Origin: Eledone cirrhosa
Taxonomy: Eukaryota
Assembly (NCBI GenBank): GCA_964016885.1
Contig: OZ024742.1
Span: 325,004,001-325,068,000, forward strand
Reading direction: 5' to 3'
Length of the DNA stretch: 64,000 nucleotides
The notes below the pieces were generated by a model. That model made no database searches. It was not told the DNA's origin and worked only from the letters and a program-made list of their open reading frames with translations. The position numbers and the translations under genes were made by a program. Each line of letters begins with the position of its first letter. Position 1 is the stretch's first letter. This document shows positions 37,530 to 50,794 of this stretch, piece by piece.

Positions 37530-37720
37530 ATGTTCTTTCCACACATATTATGTGACCCCCTCAGTGACTGATTTCTTAATTTGTGTCTCCCCTTTGTTCT
37601 GTCCTAACCATCATGTCTTTGTATGTTTTCAAACAGAAAATGATGTAGGACAGAACAAAGGAGAGACATAAAATAAGAAATCAGTCACTGAGGAGGTCAC
37701 AGAATGTGTGTGGAAAGAAA
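37530..37720. repeat. Fold-back inverted repeat
   Basis: gtgaccccctcagtgactgatttctta..ctttgttctgtccta / taggacagaacaaagg..taagaaatcagtcactgaggaggtcac. Confidence 0.85.
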
Positions 37721-37851
37721 GTGACAATATATAAAAAACCATCCGGTTATTGAACCAATCAACAGAAAATTTATATCAAATCGAAGTGAAAATTAACAGG
37801 TGCCTATATTTTTGTTGGCAGCATAACATCTGTTTCAACACACGTTTTAAG

Positions 37852-37893
<42 letters not shown>

Positions 37894-40249
37894 ATGTGTG
37901 TGTGTGTGTGTGGATGTTAGTATTCGGTAAAATATTATACAGAAATAGACGAATATGATATGAATATAATCGAAATAGTTTGTGCACAGATTCAGACTAT
38001 GAAATTTCACAAATAATACGTTGGTGGACGAAAGACTTCTTCTATAATACCAAGCAGTGAGAGTGCACATGCAAACATATTATTACAAAGTGTAATAGTT
38101 AACCACCTTGCCATGGTTCAGTTTCTTTTATATCATTGATGAATGGATTGATGTCTCCGTTGTATACATCTGTAGTCATTTATTCTTTAGACACGTGAAT
38201 GTCACAACCTCCATCGTCAATCTGCTTAAATAAGCAGATTTACTAACATGAAAGCTTTTTAAATAACCGACAGAGATAAATATGTATTCATCACACGAAG
38301 AATAGCGATAAATTGACTCTGTTGCATGACCTTCAATGATTCATGATATCTTTCACCGAGGGACTATTGATCATTAATATGTAGATGACATTAGCGTATT
38401 AGAAACTCATACTACAGATAGTGCTATTGTAAATAGTTAAAAATCGATTGCAAATTGTTATAACCCCGAGTGAAAACTGGGTTGAGTAGGAGGCATGAAT
38501 CAAAGCAAGTTCCTTATTAGTTTAGCCATTATATTTTTATTCCTTCTCATTTTTTCACATTTTCTATTCTATTTATACAAGATTACTTGTTTTAATTCTG
38601 ATTATTAGCTTGAACGATAGAAACAATATTTCCACTAGTCCTTCCGTTGCTGAAATTATCTGTCAGTCACAACTCCAGTCTAAAAGCTGAATTTATACTC
38701 AGATCGGATAAAACCGGACAAGATACTGCAAATATCTTTATTTCCACCCCGTTGGACTGGATTAATAATTTATTCATCGAAACAGAAATGTAAGGTTGAG
38801 CTCACCGAGATTAAACTCAATGTGTAGAGAGTCAGAAAAAATACAAAGGCATTTAAACTGATTTGTGCAAATTCACCGGCATATTACATTTATTAGTTTT
38901 ATCTTATAGACAATGTGTTGATCTGTTCATACACTCAGTGTCAGGAACACCTTTGATAAAGATCTGATATACATGTAGTACTATGCATTGAATATTTGAA
39001 ATTAAATGAAACTCCGCCCGATTCGGTACAGTAGCGTATTCAGCGTACTAAATTAGAATTTAAATGACTGAGTTTGCCATAGACAGGTGTACCCTTAAGT
39101 TATTTATCCGTGAACTTCAGCATGCCCCAGTGAGCGACTCGACTGGCACATTACATTAGAGGTATATTTTATGCGACACGCTTTCACACAGTTTCATTTT
39201 CTTCAGTTTCATACAGGGTGATTAGGGGAACCCTAGATTACAAACCTGAGATACCTCACATTGTGATTGGAGTCGAAACCTAATAGTTGTAAATCAAGTC
39301 TCTGAACAATTTATTCACACTGTGCTCAACGTGTTTCATTTGCTAAATTAATTAATGCAATATTAGGTGTAAACTAAATATTCTATAGATGGATTTTTTT
39401 CCAACTACTTAATTATTTCTATTTAAATTTAGAACACTTCCTGCATTAAATATGAGAACACTAACTTAGCTATGATTTTGTTATGCGAACAACGACTGCG
39501 AGTTATTTCGATTATTTATTAGAGTACCTGACAATGTTTTCATGTATTTATATTTTATAATGTTTGGTGCTGCCTTTAATCCTAACAGGGTACAATAAAA
39601 CATGGTCCATTAGTAAACTGAGGTTGGTTCAATCAAATCCACAAGATCGGTTTTATACTCTGTTGAAAGGTTTACATTCAGAAAACAGATGTTGGTCCCG
39701 ACAAGTCTTTAATTTTGCCATTTCTTCTTCTCATTTCTAGTATTGACTTTTTTTTTACTTTAGATTTTATTTATGTTTTATTTTGATTTCCCGACTATTC
39801 TGGTTATATTGATCAGATATTTTTGTTATGTTATTGATGCAGTCCTCAGTTGAACATTATTATATATATATATTATACTTATTCGTTTGTGCAGTATCTT
39901 TTGTTTACTTCTTCTTTTGCGTTTGTTATTTTTGTTTTTGTAGCTGCTACATGTACACCTGCCTCCTTATGGATATTCAGCTTGTGTTATTTCTAATTTT
40001 ATATATTTCTAGAGTGGTGGTTTGGGGACGTGGAGATGATGATGACTGTATTGGTAGTCATAGTGGTTGAGATGTTGTTGTTGTTGTTGTTGTTGTTATA
40101 TAGCAATAGCACTAGTTTTACTGTTTCTGTTTTTGGTTTACAAATGATTGTTGTTTTGTGGTAATACTTAAACTGAAGATGATAATGCAATTCGCAAAAT
40201 AGAATATAAAAATATAATATCGCTAAAACGAAATATTGATGACTGCCTC

Positions 40250-40430
40250 CTTATTTCTGACCTGCCAAATCTCCCGTCCGACTTTAGTGTGGGTGAGAGA
40301 TATCTTCTCTTGTAAAAATGGCCATAGCTTTCATTATATAAAATCTTCTCGTTTTGTCTCATTTCACCCCACTTTGGGGCACTTTTTATGGTACTCCCCT
40401 TTGGGGGTTTTAGAGGTTTTAGGTCTGTTA
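40250..40430. repeat. Unclassified dispersed repeat, copy 1
   Basis: Aligns with 59325-59510 (gtgggtga..ttctcttg..aaaatgg..tagctttcattat..ggggcac). Confidence 0.7.
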
Positions 40431-42898
40431 TTCTGAGCGTAGTTGTTTCATTCAGTGGGTATTGTTAATAAATCCGACTGGTATTCACGGACCTAGAATA
40501 AATGAGAATCAAAGTCAAAATAGATAGTAGAAGAGCTAGACTAAACATTGTACGGTATTGTGGCTGATATTCTGCTATTTTGGATAGTTGACTTCTTCTT
40601 ACCTTAAAGATTAGGCAAGACAATGGAATGGTCGAGTTTGTCCTCTGGTTTCAAATCATACAGTGCCCAGCTTTACCTTTCATCATTCTGTGATTGGGAA
40701 ATAAATTATTTTTATAGGATCAAGTCTACTTCTTCATCATCACCATTACCATCACTATCACCATCATATCATCATCTTCTTTTCTTCCTTCTGTTACATT
40801 TGAGATCTCTTTTCTCTTTGAATTGTTACAGTGCACTGTGAGAATATTCAACCACGTACGGTTCACTTTCTCCAGAAAAGTAGATATGTTGAGTGAGGGC
40901 ACTGCAGCCTCTTTCCATAGAAAGGTGTATCAATATAGTCCTGGAACTATCATTTACCAGTGATGTGAGGCCTACATTTCAAATCTGGCGTGTGATATAT
41001 GGGTCTTTTTCTAGCTGTTGGGATCTATATTTTACATCTAGTTCGGCTTTATTATCAGCCCTGCACAAGTCTTGGAAAAGGCTAATATTCGAATTGTATG
41101 ATTATTCTGTTCTACCAGACTACTGAATAAGATGCTTCTTCTTTCATAAAGTTTTTCGTAGTTTCATTTGACTGAAACTCTGAAAACTTATTCAAGCTAG
41201 TTATTTCTAGAATGTAATTCATTTCACTTACAACTAAAGAAATACTATCATTGCATGACCTTCGATTTCTTTTATACCAAACTTGATAACTCTTAAGAAC
41301 ACTAGAAAACTGAACGAAATCGTCACGCTGCTGTTGTTGTTACTGGTCTGAAAGTTTCTTTGTTTTCTTATTATTGGTTATCTCATCATTATCGCGTAGT
41401 GGACAGATTTAGTGATAGGTGAACATGCTGTCAATGATGATAGCATCGAACTGTTCAAGAAATCCCAATAGTCACGATAAAAGGAGACGTGATTCAATAG
41501 TTATTAAAGCTTCTTGTTATTGTGGAGAAAATAGTTTATATATTATAGTTTTATCCTAGTTTCATTCGCAACTCATACGTTCATGCTGAGGCATCACCAC
41601 CAATGATTATACACACACCATTAAGCATTTTAGCTTAGTAATTACTTTTTCAAGTCCTATTTGCCTAAGTTGAATATTTTTATTTAAAGAAACATCTATA
41701 TGTAGGGTGAGAATTTCCAGCTAAACACTGTATGGAGATGCTTGTTGAAGGGCTATCTTGAAAGAAGGAACATTTAGTTAACAGTAATTTAAGTAACTCA
41801 AGTGCTGCACTGGTATATATGTAATGTTTGCATTAAATTCCTGTATAATGAAATACACACTTACTAGTGTTTTTGCTGAGTAAAACTATACAATTCCAGT
41901 ATTCTAGTTAGATATTATACAGTTTCTGCAAATTTGAGATATCAACAAAATTAAAAACTAAGCAGTATATTTGGATTGTCATTTCTTTGTTGTGAGGGGG
42001 GCAGTACAATAAGATTATGCTTGGTAAAAGGCCAAATTAATCGTCTATCTTTAGTAAATTTACCGAGTATGACTATGCTTTGCTTCTAATTAAGCACAAT
42101 TCGCCTATTGGGCGGTAGAGCAAATTTGGTTACCATTTTACAGCTTATAAGACGTAAAATATGCCATAGTTTATTGAGGGGATAGCTGTACACACGGTTA
42201 CAAAAATGCACACCAACCACAATTTATGGATCTTGGATATTCTTATATATTTCGTTTGCCATTTAGAAGGATGGTAGCATATTTAGTACACGAGCCAAAC
42301 ATATTTTGAGGAATTTAGTTACAGTTATTAAGGCAACATTTTTTAACAAGACTGGAGCCACAAAATTATGTTTAAACTCGAAAAGATTAAGTACCAACAA
42401 TATACAGAAAATCGATTGAATAAGTTCTACCGTAATCAATAAATATGTAGTATTATAACGATATGAGAAATCAATAAGACTTATACGTATTGCTTTATAG
42501 AGAAGAATATACTTATTTTATTCCGGTTCTGTATATAATTTTCGGTGAAAGAAATGTTAAAATCAATGATTGATTAATTCGAATTCGTAATGTTAAGAAA
42601 CTGAACTAAAAATCACAAACCATTTGTTCCGGTTTCTAAATGTTCGTTTACTGAAAGACGGAAGAAACGTAAATATATGCAACGAATGGAGCACTTCGGA
42701 ACCTATGTCCGTTTACACACTTGTAATGTCTTTTTAAATTTCAAATTAATACATAGTTTGCATGTTTACAGCCAGGATTACGACCACTTAGACAGGTATC
42801 ATTTTGCAGTATTCTTAACTTTTAAGAATATATTATTCATGATTACCATGTCTTCCGGTATTTGAAGTTTCCCTTACTGGAAAGCTATTTTCCTGCAT

Positions 42899-42950
<52 letters not shown>

Positions 42951-42952
<2 letters not shown>

Positions 42953-43139
42953 TGTTTCTACTTTTTTGCACAAGGCCAGCAATTACCCAGTGGATTACTG
43001 GTGCTTTATTTTATCGACGCCGTAAGGATGAAAGGCAAAGGTAACCTCGGCGGGATTCGAACTCAGAATGACAAGGGCCGTAACTCAGTGCGGTAAAGCA
43101 TAGCGTCCGACCCTCTATCGATACTGCCAATCCACCGCC

Positions 43140-43140
<1 letters not shown>
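42951..43140 (-). mobile_element. tRNA-derived Deu/Nin-like SINE
   Basis: Canonical B-box GTTCGAATCC on the minus strand; same family as 12722-12920. Confidence 0.8.
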
Positions 43141-43182
<42 letters not shown>

Positions 43183-43185
<3 letters not shown>

Positions 43186-44566
43186 ATAGCATTGTGATTT
43201 TTTTTATTTCTTTCTCACTATATATATTTTTTTTATATTATCTTTTATTGTCTCCTACTCTCATTAGATTTACCTATTCTATATATATATAGGAACGAGT
43301 AGAATAGGTAAATCGAATGAGAGTAGGAGACAATAAAAGATAATATTAAAAAAATATATATAGTGAGAAAGAAATAAAAAAAATCACAATGCTATCTTAC
43401 AATTACAGGTTAATAATTTGAGAAGAGAAAAAACCTGTAGAAATTGAGTAGTACCAGAACTGATACAAAATTAAAGGGGTTTAACACGTCTGCTATAAGT
43501 AGTTAGTAAAACGTATTCGGTCAATTGTATCTCAAAATTACAGGGTTGGGGGAACTGATGCTACAGAGGCCCGATGGGCTGCATCGGGGTAGGCGAAATG
43601 GGAAAAGCAGACGAGGAAGAAAATAGAAGGTGGAAGGAAGTGATAGGATGAGACAGGGGGCAGAAGACAAAGAGGAAAAGAAAAGAAAAGAGATACATCT
43701 ACCTAAGTAAGCTGAGGTTTCCCCTAACTTATTCGGCAAGTATGTGTGGGGTGGGGTGGGGGTGTATCAGCCCTTTTCTACCCACCCGGATCGTTATGGG
43801 GTTTGAGGGCGAGGTAAGTCCTACGCAATCATGTTTACATGCGTTACCAGTTCGTCTTTCTTGTTTAGGAGTTGGTCCTTCGAAAGCAGCATTTGTAATG
43901 TTTCCTCCGAGCATAAGTTACAGGGAGGGCGTCCTCCCGTGTAAGAGTTAGCTCTGGACAGTAAGCTCCACGTGAGATTGTAGTTTATATTATTATCTTT
44001 GAGGTCTCAGATGGGCCTCTGTAGCATCAGTTCCCACACCCCTGTAATTTTAAGATAGAATTGGCCGAATACATTTTACTAACTACTTATAGCAGACGTG
44101 TTAAACCACTTTAATTTTGTATCAGTTCTGGTACTACTCAATTTATACAAGTTTTTTCTATTCTCAACTTATTAACCTGTAATTCTAAGATAGCATTGTG
44201 ATTTTTTTATTCATTTCTCACTATATATTTTTTTATTTTTTTCTATTATCTTTTATTGCCTACTCTCATTCGATTTACCTATTCTATAACCTTCCTCCTC
44301 CACTTCATACACTATCCTTAGAATCTGCTGTATACATATCACATTCAAAGCTTGACCGCTCCACTCGCACCCCTATTGTTCTACAGGCAAGTTCAGCCAA
44401 CCCTACCTCCCACCAAATGCTATGATAGACTTCTTTGTGTTTACAACAAATTTTAACCAATCCTCTTGACAACTACAAACTTCCCATATAAGGAAGTACC
44501 CTCTTGACAAGTTCGGCTATTTATTCACCAGGCTAAACATTCTAATTTAGTGCAGAAATAGCTGTC
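43183..44566. mobile_element. PLE family F3 insertion with double inversion
   Basis: Segments 43183-43280(+), 43300-44012(-) and 44012-44566(+) are mutually homologous. (TA)n flanks. Contains an endonuclease remnant and the 5' half of the hammerhead. Confidence 0.85.
43831..44012 (-). pseudogene. C-terminal GIY-YIG endonuclease remnant of a Penelope-like element
   Basis: Manual translation I*DLKDNNINYNLTWSLLSRANSYTGGRPPCNLCSEETLQMLLSKDQLLNKKDELV/ACKH fits the PLE EN tail pattern W.LK...W.IL..A..Y...C.LC..E...LLNK..EL...C.H. Confidence 0.75.
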
Positions 44567-44584
44567 AATATATATATATATTTA

Positions 44585-45412
44585 TTTTTCAATCATATTT
44601 TTTTATTTGTTTAACCCGAACTACTTGGTCGTTTCTATGGCTGTGCGGATAATGGTTTAACCATCGTCTCAGTGTGTTTGGCCTTTTAACGTATGTTGTA
44701 GTTCTGGTTCGTTAGAATTATTGAGCGCTTGCCACACATCTCGGAAGTTGATTTTCGCTAATTTCCCAAGCCGAAATACGATTCTCGCTAATTTATATTT
44801 GTATTAATCCCCAGAGTCTAGCTATTGACCAGTTAATTTTCTTGATTTTTTTAGTTGATTCTATTGACTGATGAATAGCTTTTGTTAACTTTAAAACCAT
44901 TCTGTTGAGAACTTAATTCGTTTTTTGATATTTTGCAATTTTGCAATAATATACACATACTGAATCCATCCGCCAAAAATAGAGGGTTGCCTCCCTTGTC
45001 GAGCCCCACGTGGGTATTGGTAACGGTCAATCCTTGGCGTGGCACTTGAACTAAAAGCCTGTTGAGAAAGTGACTTCCTTGTTCAATCATCTTACCAGAA
45101 GCCTAACATTATTTGTCTAAGCGGACAGTACTTGATTTAGGAGTCGCAGAAACCCAAATGCTGGATTTTCACCACCATCCAGGTGTCCGGGTAAATTTTT
45201 CAATCATATTTTTTTATTTGTTTGACCCGAATTACTTGGTCGTTTCTATGGCTGTGCGGATAATGGTTTAACCATCGTCTCAGTGTGTTTGGCCTTTTAA
45301 CGTATGTTGTAGCTATGGTTCGTTAGAATTATTGAGCGCTTGCCACACATCTCGGAAGTTGTTTTTCGCTAATTTCCAAATCCGAAATACGATTCCCGCT
45401 AATTTATATTTA
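44585..45412 (-). mobile_element. Probable partial-tandem PLE: two direct repeats of about 215 bp flanking a degraded coding remnant
   Basis: 44585-44800 is nearly identical to 45195-45412. The spacer (minus strand) shows YCPL.. and HFLNRLLV/KCH remnants. (TA)n flanks. Confidence 0.6.
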
Positions 45413-45416
45413 TATA

Positions 45417-45479
<63 letters not shown>

Positions 45480-45482
<3 letters not shown>

Positions 45483-45656
45483 AGTAAGTAAGACCCCGAC
45501 GGCTGAGCTCAAGCCGTTTCGACGGCTAATTCTGTCGGAAACGGCTTGAGCTCAGCCGTCGGGGACTTACTTACTCCTATTTCCCACTCTACTACCTTAA
45601 GTATTGAGTACTTTGGTGCGTTATGGTCCACCTGGTTCCTTACCACTTTTCCCTCG

Positions 45657-45658
<2 letters not shown>
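45480..45658 (+). mobile_element. PLE family F3 terminal fragment with short inverted 5' piece
   Basis: ggagtaagtaagaccccgacggctgagctcaagccgtttc / gaaacggcttgagctcagccgtcggggacttacttactcc; (TA)n on both sides. Confidence 0.8.
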
Positions 45659-45697
<39 letters not shown>

Positions 45698-45974
45698 TAT
45701 ATAGTACATCGTTCCTGTGTCAGTGTTGAACAAAAAGGTGACGATGGTTGCCTGAACACTGTACGGCGTAATTCGGGCTGTTTACAAACAAACAAACCGA
45801 ACATTATAATAAATGTTCGGTAAACCCCTTACGTAAATATATATATGTGCATATATGTATATATACATACTACTGTACGTCTGTATACATATATGTATGT
45901 ACGTATACATACATACTTACATTTAAGTATCAACCGTACTAAGAGTGAGAAATGAAATTTCGCTTCATTCTTTT

Positions 45975-46019
<45 letters not shown>

Positions 46020-46022
<3 letters not shown>

Positions 46023-46380
46023 AGAGCAAAGTGGAGTTATTTCAAACGAAATGTATTGTTCAACTCGATTACAAATGTTTTCCAGGCAGCCTGTTCGTGA
46101 TCTGGGGTTATCCCAGACCAGACTCCAAGTCTGCCTATCCACAGACCAGTATTAACACAATAAAAATTACATCAAATCTGAAAACGAACCAGCCAGACAC
46201 AAACAAGCCTATAGGATATTTCTGGCTGGGTCGTCTTTAGATTTGATGTGATTTCTGTTGTGTTAATACTGGTTTGAAGATCAGGCAGACTTGGAGTCTG
46301 GTCTGGGATAACCTGAAAAACATTTGTAATCAGGTTGAGCAATAAATCTGATATGTAACATATCTACTTTGTTCTTATTA
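46020..46380. repeat. Long imperfect palindrome next to (TA)n
   Basis: ggttatcccagaccagactccaagtctgcct / aggcagacttggagtctggtctgggataacc and further paired arms. Confidence 0.85.
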
Positions 46381-47271
46381 TATACACTCTGCTCTGCATC
46401 GAGTGCTGATATTGGTACTCTCACCAGTGTTCTTCGGACTTACTGAAACTTTTGCACTTATATATATATAGAGAATTCACAAGAATCAAAGCTATGTTCA
46501 AAGCATTTATTCACTTACAATTGTTTCATCCATACCTAGGCTTGGAGTCTTCGGAACATTTTTCAATGATTGTACACATGATTGACCTCCTTTCCAAAAG
46601 TTTTAGTATATACGTAACCATAAATAGTATCCTTAATATTATATATATATATATATAGTTATTTTGGTTAAGTAAGTGCAGACATGGAGGTAAGAAAAAG
46701 GGAGGTTAATGACAAACGTTATTAGGTTAAAAAAGTCTAACATACAGACGTCACTAAAGACACAGTTATATAGCTACATTATCTGTTGTTCAAGTTGAGA
46801 GTATGATCCATGATGAAGTAGGGCAGCAGCATAAGGGGTGGCGGGAATCAAGCGCAGCGGATCCCCTTAATTAAAGAGCAATTGTTGTGAAATAAATATT
46901 ACACATTACTGACACCAACAAATTGGTAGATATGGAGCAGGGGGGAGGATTCGTTAAAGTTGTGAAGATAATTCTGAGTAAATTAGTGTAAGGGTGCTGT
47001 ATTTGTGAATATAATGCTATGGGTTCGTCTCTTGGACTGCGTTTTATGTTATGGTTGTGAGTAAAACAATTGATTTTACGCTGCTCAACAGAAAATAAGT
47101 ACCAGATCATCAGACGTGCAGTTTCTCAAGAGTCCACCAGTCTGATGAGCTATCAGATCCAGTGTCGGGTGTGATCACTACCGATCCAAGCGTAAACTGA
47201 TCGATTTCGAAACCTAGATTTTAACACTTCGTGCTCAAAGCGACCCGGTATATGCTGTCTTGAAGAGAGAG

Positions 47272-47402
<131 letters not shown>

Positions 47403-47949
47403 TGGTGTAGAATAAGATGAGGGTGTTGATGATCTCGCTGTGGTAAATGAAATGAAGAAAATGTATTAATATAGCACTACAATCGAGACAGAAACTTTTA
47501 AATATTACCATATGAGTAACCAAGTGTAAATTTACATTCAGAAAAGTGTATTTGCTAATTTGAGTGCCATTAGAAATTCGCTTAGGGTATGTATAACAGT
47601 TTAATTATCAATTCGGATGCGTGTTCTCATTAATTTGTTTTAATTAAACGTTTAAAATGGCAGTTCGTAGTTCATTTTAAAATTGATAGAAAATATTAAA
47701 CCAGCGGGAAATTAATATTTCAATGTATATTGATTTATTATTTTATTTGCTTCGGTTATTAGATTGCGGCCATGCTAACGCACCGCTTAGATTTAGTCGA
47801 TTATATCGATCTCACTAATTATTTTTTTCCTTTTGGTATTTACCGAATTATTTTTAATCGAATCGTTAAATGATGATTCATAAACATACATATATAAATA
47901 TATAGAGAGAGGGATATTCACATGCGTATGACTGCATATATATATATAA

Positions 47950-49530
47950 TTGGTGTAGGATGCTTAACGCGTCTGTATGCGATAGGCTGTGTGAGCACTC
48001 GATACTCTAATAGAGCAGAGTATGATATCACAGAAAAAAAGAGAATCAGTGTTGCGACGAATGGAATTTATTGGACATATTACAATCGTTTCTCTGGTGA
48101 CCAGTTCGAGGCACGGTCGATGTGATGATCGAACCTGACTCTGAAAATGGTAAGGTCCTCAGACACGTCTTGATTCTAATAGACAGACTTTCCTAATGTC
48201 CTTTTAAATCGATATCCTTCGCCTGTCGTCTTAGATCCTGTTGTTGATTTTCGACCTTCGATTCGTGGTGTTTAATTTGCTACTTAGATGCCGGACCTGA
48301 TGCTGGTCTTAAGGTTAATGTCGCAGTTAATTTTAACTTTGCCTGCCGTTAATATATATACACACCTACATCACAAGCCGCTGGCACATTCCAATCATGC
48401 ATACATTCCACGTACATTTCATATATACTGCTATGAAACACATACCCTATATATTCCATGTATACATCCACTACATGTACATCTCATATATACTATTATG
48501 AAATGGATGTTATACACATCCACAACATATATAACTTGTTTGTGTACGCACGAACGGTCCCCATGTGTCCACCAGCCATGAGACCTGCATCATGTGTAGA
48601 CTCTTACCCAGTCCCTTAGATCACCAGTCCCCATGTATATTATATAACCATATGCACCACAGCCTTCAAGTATTTTATGCAACTTTACGCACACCGCAAT
48701 AATGACCGGACCCCCTCTGCATCCTTGTCATGTATACATTCCTTTTTTCAGCATCTTATTTTATTTTCTATTATATTATTTTATGTACATAGATGCATCT
48801 TTTATATATATGTGCCACCCAAGTTATATCTGATTAGTGCAGGGATACTATGCGGCTATAACATTTATGCATATTGTGCATGCACTTTCGGGCTTATATC
48901 CCCACGTGATGGGGTTGGGTCCAAGCCTCAAGAACGCTGTCCCATATAACACTATGTACACCATCTGCACATCTGCGCGTGTGTGTACGGATGGGAGGGT
49001 ATTCATCAAGTATGCGCCCTCGATATGAACATGTGCGTATACATACATGTATGTATGTGCGTCCACGCAAATATGCATGCGCACGTGTGTGCACATATCT
49101 GGATGGATGTATTTGTATGAACATGTCTGTGTGAGGGTATGAATACCTATGTGTAGATCTTTCTTTTTTTCATCTGTGTATATATGTGCAGCGTGTTACC
49201 CATACACGCTTCCCTGAGTGCAGTGTGTTAGTGTAGATATGTGTATATTTATCAAAAATACATTTGAAATAACATTTTTTTGAAAGTCTGTTCCTGGCAT
49301 TCATTTAAAAACGTTCTTTGTACAGTTTTTTTTCTTTTCGAAATATATATGCTTTAATGTATTCTGAGGCTGTGTTCTTGATACGTTATGCTAGATATTT
49401 TTCTGATATTTTTCTAATATTTTTTTACTTTGTTTTAAAAATTCCCTCCAAGCATTATTTACGGAGATTGTCGCATACAATACAGTTGCGGGTGTGTACG
49501 TGATAGGTGTAGACGAGGGCGCCTAAAGAC
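47950..49530. mobile_element. Non-coding PLE-derived repeat, copy B (no Helitron)
   Basis: An inverted hammerhead-bearing terminus (47950-48247) is fused to a body homologous to 5122-6905. Confidence 0.7.
48074..48169 (-). ncRNA. Type I hammerhead motif with branched stem II
   Basis: GACGTGT-CTGAGGA-[about 63 nt, three hairpins]-GAAA-CGATTG-TA-ATATGTC; 7-bp stem I. Confidence 0.55.
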
Positions 49531-49819
49531 AGTGAAGGCGTCGAATTATTAATTCTTCATAGAGACTAAAAGTGACCGGTTGCAGCATATATAGCTATAA
49601 CTTTATGTATATGTAAACCTTTATATTTAATAATCTCCTGTTAGGTTGAGATTCAACTTGGCGATATTTGGCTGCGCTTTCTAGCAACAAGCCTACCCGC
49701 CGTAAGCAACCAATCACATTCTTTCTAGCTTGACCACAGCCACATAGCGATTCTTAGCTATTTTTGAATCTAATTTTGGCGCGATCAAGTTCGAAAACTA
49801 AATGTCTGATTTTGAGTTT

Positions 49820-49896
49820 GTCTCCTGATGAATCCTAACTCAAGACATTCCTATTAATTGGATGTCTAAAAATACGGATGAAACAATGGTAGAGAT
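49820..49896 (+). ncRNA. Canonical-core type I hammerhead ribozyme motif
   Basis: GTCTC-CTGATGA-ATCC..(AGACATTC/GGATGTCT)..GGAT-GAAA-CAATGG-TA-GAGAT. Confidence 0.75.
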
Positions 49897-50174
49897 ATAA
49901 TTACGGTATGTACACATTTCTTCTAAGTTTAATTTTACACCTAATTGTGTATGGTTGATGGTATATTTAGTCAGTTTCTACATGCTGTCGAAATGTTGGA
50001 TAAATACTCTATTGGGGCCACCGCGAAGAGGCCACTTTTGGTTATTTGTCAGCTTTCTTCATAAGAGCCTTTCTTTTTATAGCTTGGTCTAATTGATTTT
50101 TTATATGGTTAATTATGCTAATTGGAAGAGGAAATGGTATATATTTTATCTAATAATTCTAAGGACATGATTTA

Positions 50175-50212
<38 letters not shown>

Positions 50213-50215
50213 CAA

Positions 50216-50285
<70 letters not shown>

Positions 50286-50364
50286 CACATTTATACGGAA
50301 ACAAAACAGAGAGGCAGACAAATAATGGTTTATTAGGTTCACGCTTTCGAGAGAGGGGGGGGGG

Positions 50365-50396
50365 GGGCGTTTCGGGCATAACCCCTTTTTCAGGAG
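50365..50396 (-). ncRNA. Degraded minimal PLE-type hammerhead motif
   Basis: CTGAAAA-A-GGG-GTTATG-CCC-GAAA-CG, within a (TA)n-flanked insert at about 50285-50765. Confidence 0.4.
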
Positions 50397-50794
50397 TAAA
50401 TAGGTTAGGAAGAGAATTCAGAGAGTGTGTGGAAATACATTTAGAAAAAAGGGGGAAGGAGAACAAATAAAAATAAAAATAAGCGTAAAAATAAACATAA
50501 GAATAAACAATAAGATGAACAAGTGGTGGAAGGGTGTGAGGCGTGTAAGGGTGGTGGCGGGTGGAGTTGGGAGAGGGAGGCGGGGGGTCGAAGCGAGGAA
50601 GGGTGAAGGTGGTGTTTGTGTGTGTAGGTGTACGTGAGTGTGTGGGCCTGTGTATGTGAGAGTTTGAGGAAGAACGAGGTTCCATGTTCAGGAAAAGGTG
50701 TGTGCGTGAGGTATGCAGTCATGCACATGTGAATATTCCTCTCTCTAAACTGCAGGAGCATGTCATGTATATATATATATATACGATATGATAC

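Noticed and set aside
40598-40700. Apparent minus-strand exon with good splice signals
   Set aside because: It has stops in all three frames and matches a decayed SINE segment (gatgaaaggtaaag..gatttgaa).
42951-43140. tRNA gene
   Set aside because: A and B boxes are present but there is no cloverleaf; it is the head of a multi-copy SINE.
47141-47215. CTGATGAG...CGAAAC hammerhead-like sequence
   Set aside because: Stems I and III could not be paired convincingly. The same applies to motifs near 4197, 56852 and 58520.
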